This document shows positions 22,214 to 34,070 of a DNA stretch of 64,000 nucleotides, piece after piece. A program made the position numbers and the translations under genes. Each line of letters starts with the position of its first letter. Position 1 is the first letter of the stretch. The notes under the pieces are model-generated. The model was not told the origin of the DNA and searched no databases. It saw nothing but the letters and a program-made list of their open reading frames with translations. The DNA lies in NCBI GenBank assembly GCA_025558095.1, contig JAIVFI010000034.1, positions 494,394-558,393 on the forward strand, read 5' to 3'. The DNA comes from Hyaloraphidium curvatum SAG 235-1. Taxonomy: Eukaryota > Fungi > Monoblepharomycota.

Positions 22214-23541
22214 GGAGCCGGCTGCCTGTCCCGCGGCCAGAAGATGACGACGGAAGAGTAGTACCTGCAGATGATGCCGATCAGCGCGCGATTCGTTTCA
22301 ACATAGTCACGAACGCCTACCACTGCTCCAGCTCCGGGCCCCAGTTGCCCATGTACGGCGTGATCTTCTTGTCCGCCGGGATCCCCACGAACAGCTCCTC
22401 CTGTCCGACCAGCAGGTCCTTCTCGCGGACCACGAACGGGTCCGGCACCCCCGGCCTCCCCTCCTGCCCTACCCATGCCAAGGTGGAGTAGTGCGACTCG
22501 CTGATCTCCTCCATCCTGTGCTGCCACGGGTCCCTCGGGAAGCCGCGCGGGAAGCTGCCCGCGGCGCTTGCCCTCGAACATCCTCGGATCGTGCTCCGGC
22601 TCGCCGACCTCGTGGAGCTCCACGAGGGCGAGGCAGACGTCGAGCGAGGGGACGCCCGAGGGGAGGGCGGCCTCGCGGAGGGCTTCCACGAGTAGGCGGT
22701 CCTTGCCCTTGAGGGCGTCGAAGGAGAGGGATTGGGAGGTGTAGAGGTGGTCGAGCCGGATCGCGAGCCGGGACGGCGCGCTGGGCGAAGCAGTCCAGGC
22801 CGACACTGCGGCAGCCACGTTATCCAGCGCCGAGGCAAGTGGGGCCGGGGGCGAGCCAGACGTGGTGCGAACCAGGTTGTATGCAAGCACGAGGCGCACG
22901 CCAGAGGTCACCGACTCCAAGGTGTGTTCGCAGTCCGCGAAAAAGGCCGCGTACCCCACGCGGTTCGCCCAGGACGACTTAGCCGAGAAGGAGAAAACCT
23001 GGGTCTTTCCGGCATGTTCGACGACCAGGTCGCCGCCCTCGTGCGTGGCCGGGAGCTGCACGATGAGGGTTCCAAACATCCCGGGTTCCTTTTCCGTGTC
23101 GCGGTGCCGGAGGAAATGGCCACCTCGCAGGTACACCAGCATGTTGTGGAGCTGAGCTTCCACTCCCATTTCGTCGGAGCGGATTCCGAGCTCGTCGCAG
23201 CAGAGCTTCACCAGGGACGGCAGGGTGTCGTCCTCCCATTCCTTCCCGAAAGTAACCTTGTCCGCGTCGATCTTCCAGGCGCGCCGCACGTTCGTGTCGA
23301 CGAGCGTCTCGGTACCGCGACCATATGGCGCCACGGTTGCCGCCTTTTGAACGAGACGGACGGCCTGTGCTTTGTCCAAAGGGAAAACGAGGTTCCCGAC
23401 GCCCGCGACGGAAACGGCCGGGGTCATGTCGGCCAGGCGACCGGCCGTCGCGAACGCGGCAGAATCCGCCGAGACAACGGCATCGAGCGCGCCGCGAAGG
23501 TCGTCGAGGAAGCCGGGCTTCGGAGCTGGGTGTCCGAGCAT
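22186..23541 (-). CDS. 2OG-Fe(II) oxygenase family protein with an apparent +1 frameshift near 22559
   Basis: APYGRGTETLVDTNVRR, HFLRHRDTEK (HxD), FFADCEH, SGVRLVLAYNL. C-terminal YMGNWGPELEQW/YYSSVVIFWP lies in another frame; intron 22265-22320. Confidence 0.8.
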   Translation of the reverse strand: MLGHPAPKPGFLDDLRGALDAVVSADSAAFATAGRLADMTPAVSVAGVGNLVFPLDKAQAVRLVQKAATVAPYGRGTETLVDTNVRRAWKIDADKVTFGKEWEDDTLPSLVKLCCDELGIRSDEMGVEAQLHNMLVYLRGGHFLRHRDTEKEPGMFGTLIVQLPATHEGGDLVVEHAGKTQVFSFSAKSSWANRVGYAAFFADCEHTLESVTSGVRLVLAYNLVRTTSGSPPAPLASALDNVAAAVSAWTASPSAPSRLAIRLDHLYTSQSLSFDALKGKDRLLVEALREAALPSGVPSLDVCLALVELHEVGEPEHDPRMFEGKRRGQLPARLPEGPVAAQDGGDQRVALLHLGMGRAGGEAGGAGPVRGPREGPAGRTGGAVRGDPGGQEDHAVHGQLGPGAGAVVGVRDYVETNRALIGIICRYYSSVVIFWPRDRQPAPRRAQEACR

Positions 23542-23824
23542 TTGGGACGCAGGTCGCGTTGCCTGCAGCAGGCCTCGCTCAGAGGCAATCCCGGCGCATC
23601 GCGCTCGCAAAAGGGCCTCACCTCACTGGAAAATGATGGAGCTCGTTTTCAAAGGCGTTTTGCTCAGGAGGAGGGTTCCGGGGCCGCTGGGATGGTCGAA
23701 TCGGAGTGCGGCGGGTGATCCCCTTGAGTCACTCGCCTCCGCACCGCACTCGCCACATTCGTCCCCCGGCGCCACCCAACCCCCCAATCGCGACGGAGCT
23801 CTGCCGCGGGAAGCCGGCGCAAAC

Positions 23825-26305
23825 ATGGTGCTCCAGTCGGTCTACCGATACAGGGCGGCGCACCCCGCCGACTGGGCCAATCCCGGCGTGGACGCCGCCA
23901 AAATCATGGACCGCTACATGAAAGAGCGCGAAATCCGGCTGCGCCCCGACGGCAACGAGCAGTACGAGGACGTGGGCAAGCACCCGGGCTACCTCGCGGA
24001 CCCGTTCGCCGAGCCGTTCGAGAGGGACGCCGTCAAGGAGGACGTCGACGTGCTCATCGTCGGCGGCGGGTTCGCGTCGCAGCTGACGGCCGTCAGGCTG
24101 CAGCAGGCGGGGATCTCCCTCGACCGCGTGCGGATTGTGGAGAAGGCAGGCGACTTTGGGGGCACCTGTGGGTCCGGTGCCCGCGGGTTGGCATCGCCTT
24201 CTCAACGCGTTGTCTCCCGCGTCCCTCGACGGACACCGAATCTCCTATTCAGGGTATTGGAACAGATACCCGGGGGCACAGGTGAGCTGGTCGTGTCTTT
24301 CCTGGTTGGATTGACTAAGCGTCCGTGTTGCCGCAGTGTGATATCGGTGCGAGACCGACTTTCCGCACGCGACGCCCGCAGTTCACTCATTTCCCGGCCT
24401 CCTCGCTCACAGAATCATATATCTACCTGCCGCTTCTCGAAGAATCCGGGTATATTCCGTCAGAGAAGTACGGTGAGACTGGAAGCTCCACTTCAAACCG
24501 ACTCTCGTTCATCCGCTCCCGTTCGAGCCCGCGCCCCTGAGATCCTCGAGTATTGCCAGCTCATGGGCCGCAAGTTCGGCCTGTACGACCGCGCGCTGTT
24601 CCAGACCGAAGTCACGGGCGCGCGGTGGGACGACGCCGCCTCCCGCTGGATCGTCTCGACGGGGCGTGGCGATGAGATCAGGGCGAGGTTCATCTGCCTG
24701 TGCTCGGGGCCGCTGCACAGGATGAAGCTGCCGGGCGTGGAGGGGATCGACTCTTTCAAGGGGAAGGCTTTCGTGGGCTGTCCGAACTGCGATTCGTTGT
24801 CGTGCCCTCTGACGAGCGCTGTTCGCAGCACACTTCCCGTTTTGACTACAACTACACGGGCAAGAACCTCGAGAACCTCAAGGACAAGAGGGTCGGGATC
24901 GTTGGCACGGGCTGCACGGCGGTCCAGGCGATCCCGTACCTCGCCGAGGCTTCGAAGCACCTCTACGTCTTCCGTGAGTCGCGGCTGCCTCCTATTCGCG
25001 ATCTTTCTCGCTGATACACGTGTTCGATCCGCAAAGAGCGCACGCCGTCCGCCATCGACATGCGCGGGAACGTGGCGACCCAGCCTGAGTTTGTCGAGTC
25101 GCTCAAGCCCGGATGGCAGAGGGTGGGTCACTTTCCCGGCGTTTTCGTTCTGGATCTCACGCAACTCGACAGGAACGGATGGTTGCCTTTAACAACATTG
25201 CGTGCGGCCTGCCGTCGAAGGACGATCCCGTGTACGACGGCTGGACTAGGTTCTTCCTGCACCTCAATGGAGCGGCCGCGACGGCGCCGGATCCGGCCTC
25301 GGCCGGAGAAAGGGTGATGCTGGCAAACCACATCCACATGGAGATGCTGAGGTGCGTGTCGGATGGCCGCAGGGTGGGACCATCGCGGCGCCTTACGCGC
25401 CCGGACTTTCAGGAAAGTCGTCGAAGACACCGTCAAGGACAAGGAGACCGCCGAGGCCCTCAAGGCGCAGTACATTGCATTCTGCAAGAGGCCCGGTATG
25501 TGCTTTCTGCCTCAGCTTCCTTGAAACATCGTTGACTCTCTCCCAGTGTTCAATGACGAGTACCTCCCCACTTTCAACCGGCCGAACGTGACCCTGGTCG
25601 ACACCAAGGGCAAGGGCATCGAGCGTGTCACCGAGAAGGGCATCGTCGCCGCCGGCCAGGAGTACGAGCTGGACGTGATCGTGTGGGCGTCCGGATTCGA
25701 GGTTGGCACGAGCTACGCGAGGCGGTGCGGGTTCGAGACGGTGGGCAGGGACGGGGTGACGCTGACCGAGAAGTGGAAGGACGGGGTGATATCCCTCCAC
25801 GGGTGCGTGATTGCCGCGACTGCTTTGCTCTGCGGCTTACGCCATTCTTGCCCAGGATGACGACGGCCGGCTTCCCGAACTGCTTCGTCTACCAGATGCC
25901 CCAGGCCGGCGTCACGGGCAACCAGCCCCATATGCTGGACGAAATGGCTAAGGCCTTCACGTACGTCGTCACCGAAACTCTCAACCGCGGATGCAAGTCG
26001 TTCGAGACGACGCCCGAGGCCGAGGAGGAGTGGCTCGGCGAGTGCATGAAGCTGGCCTACCTCGCAAAGGGGATGTACGAAAACTGCACCCCAGGATAGC
26101 GAGTATTACGCCTCGAGTTGCTCGCGATCATCTATCTAACATCCATTCCAGCTACAACGCGGAGGGGAAGCTGACCAACGAGTCGTTCGTGCTCGGTCGC
26201 AACGGTCCCTACGGCGGCTTTTCTGCCTCGCCGGCCTACTTCGCGATCCTGGATGACTGGAAGAGCGAGGGATCGCTCAAAGGGATGAAGCTGACGCCGG
26301 CATAG
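23825..26305 (+). CDS. Baeyer-Villiger monooxygenase with about 11 introns
   Basis: VLIVGGGF, GDFGGTW/YWNRYPG across an intron, FKGKAF/HTSRF fingerprint, VGTGCTAVQ, CKRP, NVTLVD, ENCTPG/YN. Confidence 0.9.
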
Positions 26306-26473
26306 TCTCGACACGATGACAGACTTCGAGAAGAGTCACGCGCCGCGCCGGGCTCCGTTCCGCGTAACTTGAGTCCAATCTAGACATGATGAGAAGCTTC
26401 GAAGAGAGTCACGCGCCGTGTTGCTTTCCCACAAAGACAATATACACGAAAAGCGAACGTGTGGGGCTCCGCT

Positions 26474-26752
26474 TCAATTGAGTCCAATGTCGAAGCCCGC
26501 CTCCAAGTCCTCCTTGGAGAACCTCCGGAACGCGAGCACGGTCTTCGTGCCCGTCACGCCCGGAACCTTGGCAATGCCTCCCGGCACCGCCTGCTCTAGC
26601 GCTTCGATTTGGGGCGCGCGGAGCGTCGCGATTAAGTCCATGTCGCCCGTGACCGAGTGAACCTCGGAGACGTGGGGTAAGGAGGCGACCACCAGAGCAA
26701 CCTCGTTGATCTTTGACGCCTCGCACGTGATGAAGACGAACGCCGTGAGCAT
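26474..26752 (-). CDS. Stand-alone Lrp/AsnC ligand-binding (RAM) domain protein, 92 aa, bacterial type
   Basis: MLTAFVFI...VSEVHSVTGDMDLIA...IAKVPGVTGTKTVLAFRRFSKEDLEAGFDIG; intronless, no HTH. Confidence 0.85.
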   Translation of the reverse strand: MLTAFVFITCEASKINEVALVVASLPHVSEVHSVTGDMDLIATLRAPQIEALEQAVPGGIAKVPGVTGTKTVLAFRRFSKEDLEAGFDIGLN

Positions 26753-26843
26753 CTCCGTCCAGGACGATAGTCGGCTCGGTGCGGTGCGCGAAACCCCTTG
26801 CCCTTCCCAATTGCTTGACTCGGTCTGTCTCCCCGCAGCCGGA

Positions 26844-28189
26844 ATGGCGGCGCCGGTCCGGAGTGTGCTGCCAGTTGTTCCGTCGGCCCAGCTCGCCGCG
26901 CTGCTGGCCAAGAACAACGAGCAGCACCACATCTACTTCAGAGGCGGGCTCCACAACCACTTCACGCATACTGCGGTGTCGCTGGCGGGACTCGGCGCCC
27001 CGACGGAGCGCCTGGTCAAGGAGTTCGAGGCGGAGCAGAAGTATTTGGACCCCGCCAGGCCCCTTGCCCTGCGCAACGGAACGACGCAGCTGGCCGACGA
27101 TGACTGGACTTCGCCCGAGGTGCTTGGGAACGAGGCCTACTACCCGAACCTCTGCCGCTTCTTCCTGGGGATCTTCCGCCCCGCCAACGGCCCGTACGCC
27201 GACACATCGAGAATGGGCGAGCTCCTGATGCACCCCGCCGTGTTCCCGCGCCTCTTCTCCGGTCTGCTGCACCCCATCATCCACGCCGGCTACGCCTGCG
27301 AGACCCGGTCGCCCGAGGTGTTCGCCGAGGCATTCGCGCTGGCCTGCATCAACAGGCCCAGCTTCGTGCGTCGGCGGGCCCCTTCGGGCAGCGGAGGCGG
27401 CGTGCGGATGGAGGATGCCGTGCGCCGGCTGTGGGGAGACGCCAGGTTCGACGCGCTGCTGGTCAAGGAAGCGAGCGCCGGGGCCAGGATCGCGGCAGTG
27501 ACCAAGGGCGAAGGAGGCAAGGTGCTCGAAGAGTACATGGCCATGGTCGACTTCGGAGGTGGTTGCTTTTCTGTGCCGCCCATACCGGCTTGATTTGACG
27601 ATACTCTTCGATCACTGCAGCATCCGAGGCGGAAGTGTCCCGCGCTCTCGATTCGCTCTCCTACTCGGCGTCGCTCCTCGCCGTCGCCACCGGCTTCCTC
27701 CCCCGCAAGCCTGGCACCCCATCCCTCGACTTCCTCCTCCTCCACGTGCTCACCTCGGTCTTTGCCCTGCACCAGCTCCGCCCCGCCCTCATCGTCGCCG
27801 AGCTCGGTGTCCTCGTCCGCGCGATGCAGGAGGCGGCGTTCGTGTACTACCTCGAGCGCGGCCGCCCCGAGGTGCGCGAGCAGGACCTCCCGGAGCTCCC
27901 CGAGCTGGACTGGCCCGCCATCCTCGCCGCCACCGTCTCCGAAACCTCGACGGACCTGCACGTGCCCAAGGCGATCCGCGCCCTGTACCACTTTGCCCAC
28001 AGCGGGATCGGGGACGGGGAAGTGCTCCGCAAGGGGGCAGCGGTGATCGTGCGGGAGCTGGTGTGGGAGACGGGGAGGGGGGCCAAGGACATCGCGGCGG
28101 AGAGGGCGGGAGGGAGGACCGGGGGAGGGTTCCAGAGGGGCTGGAGGTACGACGCCCGTGGGTTCGTGGAGCGGGAGGCGAAGATGTGA
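26844..28189 (+). CDS. Questin oxidase family (DUF4243/HypA-like) protein
   Basis: HHIYFRGGLHNHFTH, GLLHPIIHAGY, DFLLLHVLTS, DLHVPKAIRAL; one intron near 27559-27620. Confidence 0.85.
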
Positions 28190-28271
28190 AGGGGACTTGT
28201 TTGTATCTTGATGAATCGTCTTTCGGTGTTCAGAATCTTCAATTGAGCAAGTAACACGCAAGAATTGCAAT

Positions 28272-30638
28272 CTATTGTGCCCCAGCAGCCTCGTTGCTGC
28301 GCGGGGGCTCCCCGGCCGTCTCCTCCTTGGCTTCCGCCGCCACCGCCCCGTCCGCAAAGTTCACCTTCTTCGGCGCCGCCTCCAGCCCGCTGGGAACCAC
28401 CTTTGGCCCTCCCGACAGGCTGGACTTGCGCGCCAAGTCCTCCGCCGGGCGCGCCGGCAGCGCCGTCTTCGGCCTGATTGGCGACGACGCCGCCGGCTCG
28501 GGCTGCGGCTCCGCAGGGACCGGTACCGCCGCCGCCTCTTCCCTCGCCCTGGCCGCGTGCGCCTCGAGCACCTGCACCACCCTCGTCCTCCCCGCCCTCC
28601 TCGCCGTGTCCACGGGCGTCTCCCCGTTCCAGTTCTGCACGTCGGTGTCGGCCCCGTGGGCCAGCAAGAGCTCCGCGACCTCGGGTACGATGGCGCAGTG
28701 CAGCGGCGTGTCGCCGAAGCAGTTGCGGAAGCCGAGGTGCCGGTTCGGCGCCCCAGGTGGGGCGTCGGCGGGCTGTCCCGCGCGGAGGAGGAGGCGGAGC
28801 ACCTCGAGCCACTCCCGGAGCTCCTTCTCCAGGTCGCGGTCCAGCGGGGGGGAGGGGCGGAAGGAGCAGCACACGTGCACGGGGGTGTTGCGGTGCGGGT
28901 GGGTGTGGGCGTCGACCTTGGCGCCGGCGCGGACCAGGGATTCGATCACCGCCGGATAGTCGACGACGATCTTGCGGGCGCCGTTCTGCTCGCGGATCGC
29001 GGGCACCGACAGGTCGCCGATCTTGAAGAAGCCCGAGCCGTGCGCGCAGGCGAGGTGCAGCGAGGTGCGGCGGTGCGGCTTGGTCCGCTGGTCGACCTTG
29101 ATCCCCGGGATGGCAATGAAGAAGTCGATCAGGCGCACCAGGCCGCGGGCCGCGGCCCGGTGGAGGGGCGTGAACCCGTCCACGTCGACGGCGTGCAACT
29201 TGGCCCCGTCGGCGAGGAGCAGCTTCGCGACCTCCGGGGTTGTGGCCACGTGGAGAGCGGTGCGGTTCTTGAAGTCGCGCGCGTTGACGTCCAGCTTGCG
29301 CCGGCGGACGCCGTCGGGGCCGACCTCGACCGCGCGGCCGTGCTCGAGGAGCACGCGGACGGCGCTTTCGGCGCCGCCCTCGCAAGCATCGTGGAGCGCC
29401 GTGCCGCCGTCTTCGTCGCGGGCGTCGGCCTCGGCGCCGGATTCTAGGAGCAGGCGGACAGCGTCGGCATGGTCGTGGTACGCCGCGACGTGGAGCGGCG
29501 TGTTGCCTTGCAAAGGCAGGGAGTGAGCTGACGGTAGACGCGTAAAGCAGCCGGAATGCCCACCATGGTTGTCCGTGATCGCGAGCTGTTGCTTTGCCAC
29601 GGCCCGCGGGGTCTTTGTCAGCAGGACGGTGATCACGGCTCCATTTCCGGCGATGCAGGCGCGGTGCAGGGGGGTGAGACCGAACAGATCGCGCAGGAGC
29701 GGGTCGGCGCCAGCCTCGAGGAGGTCCGAGACGGTGAGGCCCGAATTGGCGGGGGAGGTCAGGGGTACCCCGGCGGCGAGGACCGAGATAGGGGATCCGT
29801 CGGGGGTGGAAAAGTGCGGGATGGTCGAGCATGCTTCGTGGAGCGGGGTGGTGCCGACAATTGTTCTGCCGGAGACGCGCGAAGCAAGGTCAAGAGATCA
29901 GAGATCGAGTGATCAGCAGGAAGGCAAGCTAGCCTACCTGGCGTTGATCCCGCTGCTCTCCTTCAACCAGTCGTTGACCTTGCTGCTGGCACTTGGCCGC
30001 GCAATCGGTGCCTTGATTTCGGTAGGGCTCCCCGGTGCTTGCGCGGGCGCGGGGCCCAGCTCACCAGACCCCTGTTCACCCGAGGCCGAAACCGGACCCA
30101 GGACCTCGCTTGCCTCCTCGTCCACCTCGTCGTCGTCCGCACCGGCGGCGGGAACCGGCACAGCCAGTGACTGGGCCTCGAGCGCGGCCTTTGCGCGGCC
30201 CTTCTTGAGCCAGCGGCGGACGACGTCCCACTTGCCCTCCTTGACGCCCCTGTGCAGCCAGGTCTCGCCCAAAATTCCCCTGACCATGGCATAATCGGCC
30301 ACAAGAAAGTCCGAGTCCGCGGACTCGTCGATGTCCTTCCGCTTCGGCCCGTCGCCGCGCTGGATCGCCTTGAGCGACGCGGCGAGGACATCGGCCGACG
30401 CCGCGATGTCCGGCAGGCCAAGCTGCTTCTTCGTCGCGATCAACGCGAGCACCACGGCCGAGATGTGCGGCGGCGGCGGCGGCGTGGGCGGCGGGCGCTC
30501 CGCCGGCGGCCGCGGCGACTTGCGGCCGGAACCCGCCGTCGACCCCTCGGACCGCCCGGACGCCTTGCGCAGGTGCCGCGCGGGCACAGCCGTCGCGCTG
30601 CTAGAGAGGCCCGCGCTCCCGACACTAGGAACTTCCAT
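28272..30638 (-). CDS. Ankyrin-repeat protein, multi-exon
   Basis: Repeated GxTPLH motifs (GETWLH, GLTPLH, GNTPLH, GFTPLH, GDTPLH) across three exons. Confidence 0.85.
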
Positions 30639-30893
30639 CGTGGGATGCGGAATCGATGTGTCGACTCGAGATCGGCGTTTGATCAGCGCGGCGGCAAAGC
30701 TCCTTCCGACGCTCAGGGCCCTGCTACTCCTACCCCTTGGTCGAAAAGACCGATCGATGACTGCCGCTCGGTAGGATTAAATTACTGCAGCAGGGCGAGC
30801 AGATCAGTTTGCCTCCGAAAAAGCAGGGTCTAGGTCCATTGGATGAAGGAGATCATGAGAGGGACAATCAGACACAAGATGGAGCTGCTGAAT

Positions 30894-33858
30894 CTACGCC
30901 CGGAACGCCGCCCTCAGCTCCCCCACGTCGCGGTGGTCCTCGATCATCGACGCGATCACTCGCATGCTCCCTCCTACCCCACCAAACGCACTCGCGGCCA
31001 GCTTGTCGTCCTCGTCGCCCAGGAACAGGAGCACCTTGATGGCGCCGATCACCAGGTGGCCCTCCTCAGGCTGCTTCTTGAGCTCCACCGCCTCCCAAAG
31101 CGCGCGCCATGCCTCGTAGCTCCACACCTCGCCCTCCATCTCGTGCGCGGGGAGCACGATCTCCTCGTCCGGATCCGGCGCCGCGTCGAGGTGCATCATG
31201 AGCATGTGCGAGGCCTTCCACGCGGGGTGGTAGAGCTCCAGCTCGCGGCCCTGGCCAAAGTCCAGCTTGAGCAGCATCTTGGGCGGCTCTTCGCCTTCGG
31301 CCGTGACCGGGCGCGAGGGTGCCCCGTCGACCGGGGCTTCCTCCTTGGGAGCGGGCAGCGGCTTGGCCTTCACGGTCCCGCGCTGCAGCGCGAACCGCTT
31401 GGCGCAAGTATCGCCGTACCCGCGCTTCCCCGCGGCCGCCGAATCCGACAGCTTGGACTTGCAGAACACGCACCGCCGCGCCAGCACGCCGAGCTCCTTG
31501 GACACGTAGTCGAAATCGTAGTTGAGCCGCTCCAGCAGGTCGACCAGCGGCACCGCGCGCTCCTGCACCGACGCCGACCCGTCCGCGCGCACCACCACGC
31601 ACGCGGCCTTGTCGAACCCGGCCTCGGTCGCGTGCTGCATCCGCACCTCGAGCACCTCCGGCCGCGCGTTGAACCGCCTCAGCCCGTCCCGGTTCCAGTA
31701 GTCGTAGCGCCGCTGGGCCTTGGCGGGCTTGTTGGAGGACTCGAGTGCGACCGTGCCGCCCTCGGGCACAGCGGGCGTGAAGGTGATCTCGAACGCCGCC
31801 GCGTGCACGCGGTCCCCGGCGTGCCGGAGCTCGCGCTCGAAGAGCGAGAGGTCCTTGATCCGGAACTCGAACACGTCCCGCATCGCCCACCCCGCGCTCT
31901 TCCACACCGCCGCGTCCTTGGCCTCGGCCTCCTTGCCCACGGGGTCGAACACCGCCTTGACGGGGTCGAACGATTTGGATCCCACCGCCGCGGCCGCCGC
32001 CTCCCACCCGTTCTCGAGGTGCTCCCGGTTCGAGATCCACTGGTCCTTGTCGGCGAGCAGGCCGCGGATGTGCGCCACGTTGGCGCGGTGCTGGGCCTCG
32101 GATGACGCTTCGCGGGCGAGGAAGGCGGAGAAGGCTTCGTCGACCTTGCGCACGGTTTCGGTGAGCTCGCGGAGGCGGATGACGGAGACGCGCGAGTGGA
32201 ACGAGGTGTAGGGGAGGTCGGGGAAGCGGAAGTGCGGCGGGGAGAAGAGGCCGGGGGCGCGGAGCTCCGTTGCGAGGAACGGCGTGGCCGGCTGGTTGGT
32301 CCAGTAATTGACCCTCACGGCATTGTCGCGCCCGTAGTAGGCCACGGCGGCCGCGTCCAGGAGGCGGTTGAAGAAATCGGGGCGCCACTCGGCCACCCAG
32401 GCGCGGTGCGCGTCCAGCTCGGGGTCCTTGGCGGGGATCGAGTTGCGGTGTGCGGCCTCGAAGCGCGAGAGCAGCTCGGAGAAAGTGCCCGGGCCGAACG
32501 ACAGGGCAGGACGGGCACCGTTGCGCGCCTCCTGCAGGTGCGCACGCGCCGCGTCCATCTCCGCCTGGCTGTAGTTCCTGGCCGTCCGGTGCGCCATGCT
32601 GAGCCTAAAGGTGCCGCCGAGCCTGATGATCTCGTCCTCCTCGGCGAACTGCTTCACGAGCTTCCGCCAATACGGGCTGTCGGGCCGGCGGTGGTGCATG
32701 AGGATGTCGACGCTGAGGAACGGCTGCCGGAGCCTGTGCCCCTCCACGAAGCTCTCGGGCGGGGTGATGGTCTGCGGCTTCGCTCCCGAGCCCTTGGCGA
32801 TCCACACGGCCACGCGCCGGGCGGCCGTCCCAGGGGGGTAGTACGAGTAGCGCCGGCTTTCGACCAGCGTGCGATCGGCGATGAGCTCCATGAACTTCTG
32901 CACCTTGGGCTGCACGTCGTAGTCGTACGCGTCCCGCGAGAGCCGGTTCCACGTGTAGCGCCCGTTGTTGTGCACCGTCGCCGTCTCGACCGCGTCGACG
33001 GCCGCGTACCACGATCCGTAGTGTCCCCTGCGGTACGTGTCGAGCTTGCGGGCCTCGAACATGGCAACGAACGGGTCCGGGAACAGCTCGGCGAGGCGCA
33101 TGGCGGCAAAGAGGCCGAGGGAGTTGAAGATGGCGGTGCGGACGGTGGGGGGGCAGCGGTTGTCGAGGAGGAAGTTGAGGATGCCGGGGGCCAGGCGGGG
33201 ATGGGGGATGACACTACGAGGGGCCCCGACGAACTGCGGGCGGGAAGTCATCAGATGATGAGGAGGCGAGACGCAGAATCATGTGTACCTTTGACCTCGG
33301 TACCGCTTCCGTCTCCTCCATGTCCTTTCCCTTGCCCTTCGAGGTCCCCTGCGGAGACGCTTCCACTTTCTCCTTCTCCTTGCCCTTACCCTTCGAGGCC
33401 CTTTGCGGCGACGGAGTCGACGTCTTGCGCTTCTTGGGTGCAGGCTCCTCCCCCTCAGAACTCTCTTCCGGCTCCTCTTCGTCCTCCTGCTCCTCCCCGG
33501 GGCTCGACCCTCCTTCCCATTCCTCTTCACTCGGCATGCCCTCGTCGTCCGAGATGGACTGCTTGCCTGCCTTCCGCTTTGCAACCCCCTTGCGAGCCGG
33601 CGCCTTGCGCTCGGTCGCCGCGGTGGCCCGCCTCGCGGGACCAGCTTCCGGAGCGAACTCGCTGTCGTCTGCTTCGTCATCCTCATCCGACGGCTCGGGA
33701 ACATCGTCTTCGGGGTCCTCCGCCTCCTCCTCCGACTGCGGCGCGCCCTCGTCGGCCTCAAGGGCCAAACGATTGAGAGCGTCCGCGTCGTACCGCCGCC
33801 GGCATCGCGGCGTGGGCGCGCCCGCTCCGCGCTCCATCGGTGTCGCGGAAGCAGACAT
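30894..33858 (-). CDS. Large protein with acidic disordered N-terminus, DUF6011-like zinc finger and C-terminal Skp1/POZ-like domain
   Basis: Exon 1 is acidic with NLS-like PKKRK; intron near 33235-33288. Motifs CVFCKSKLSD...KRGYGDTCAKRF and SHMLMMHLD...DEEIVLP...AIKVLLFLG. Confidence 0.6.
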
Positions 33859-34070
33859 GGCGGGCCAAGGCCGCCTCCGGACGGCCAGAGTCGCGCGACG
33901 GGGGACCAAAGTTTGGTGCGCGCGAGCGAGCAAGGCCTCACGCTGCCGGAGGCATACCCGGTGGACGATCAGCTCCATGACGAAGGGTACGGGGCGATGT
34001 GTACTCCAATTCAAGCACATACCCTACTCCGAATCGCGAGGCTGCCCCTCGCTCCTGGGGCGGCGGAACC

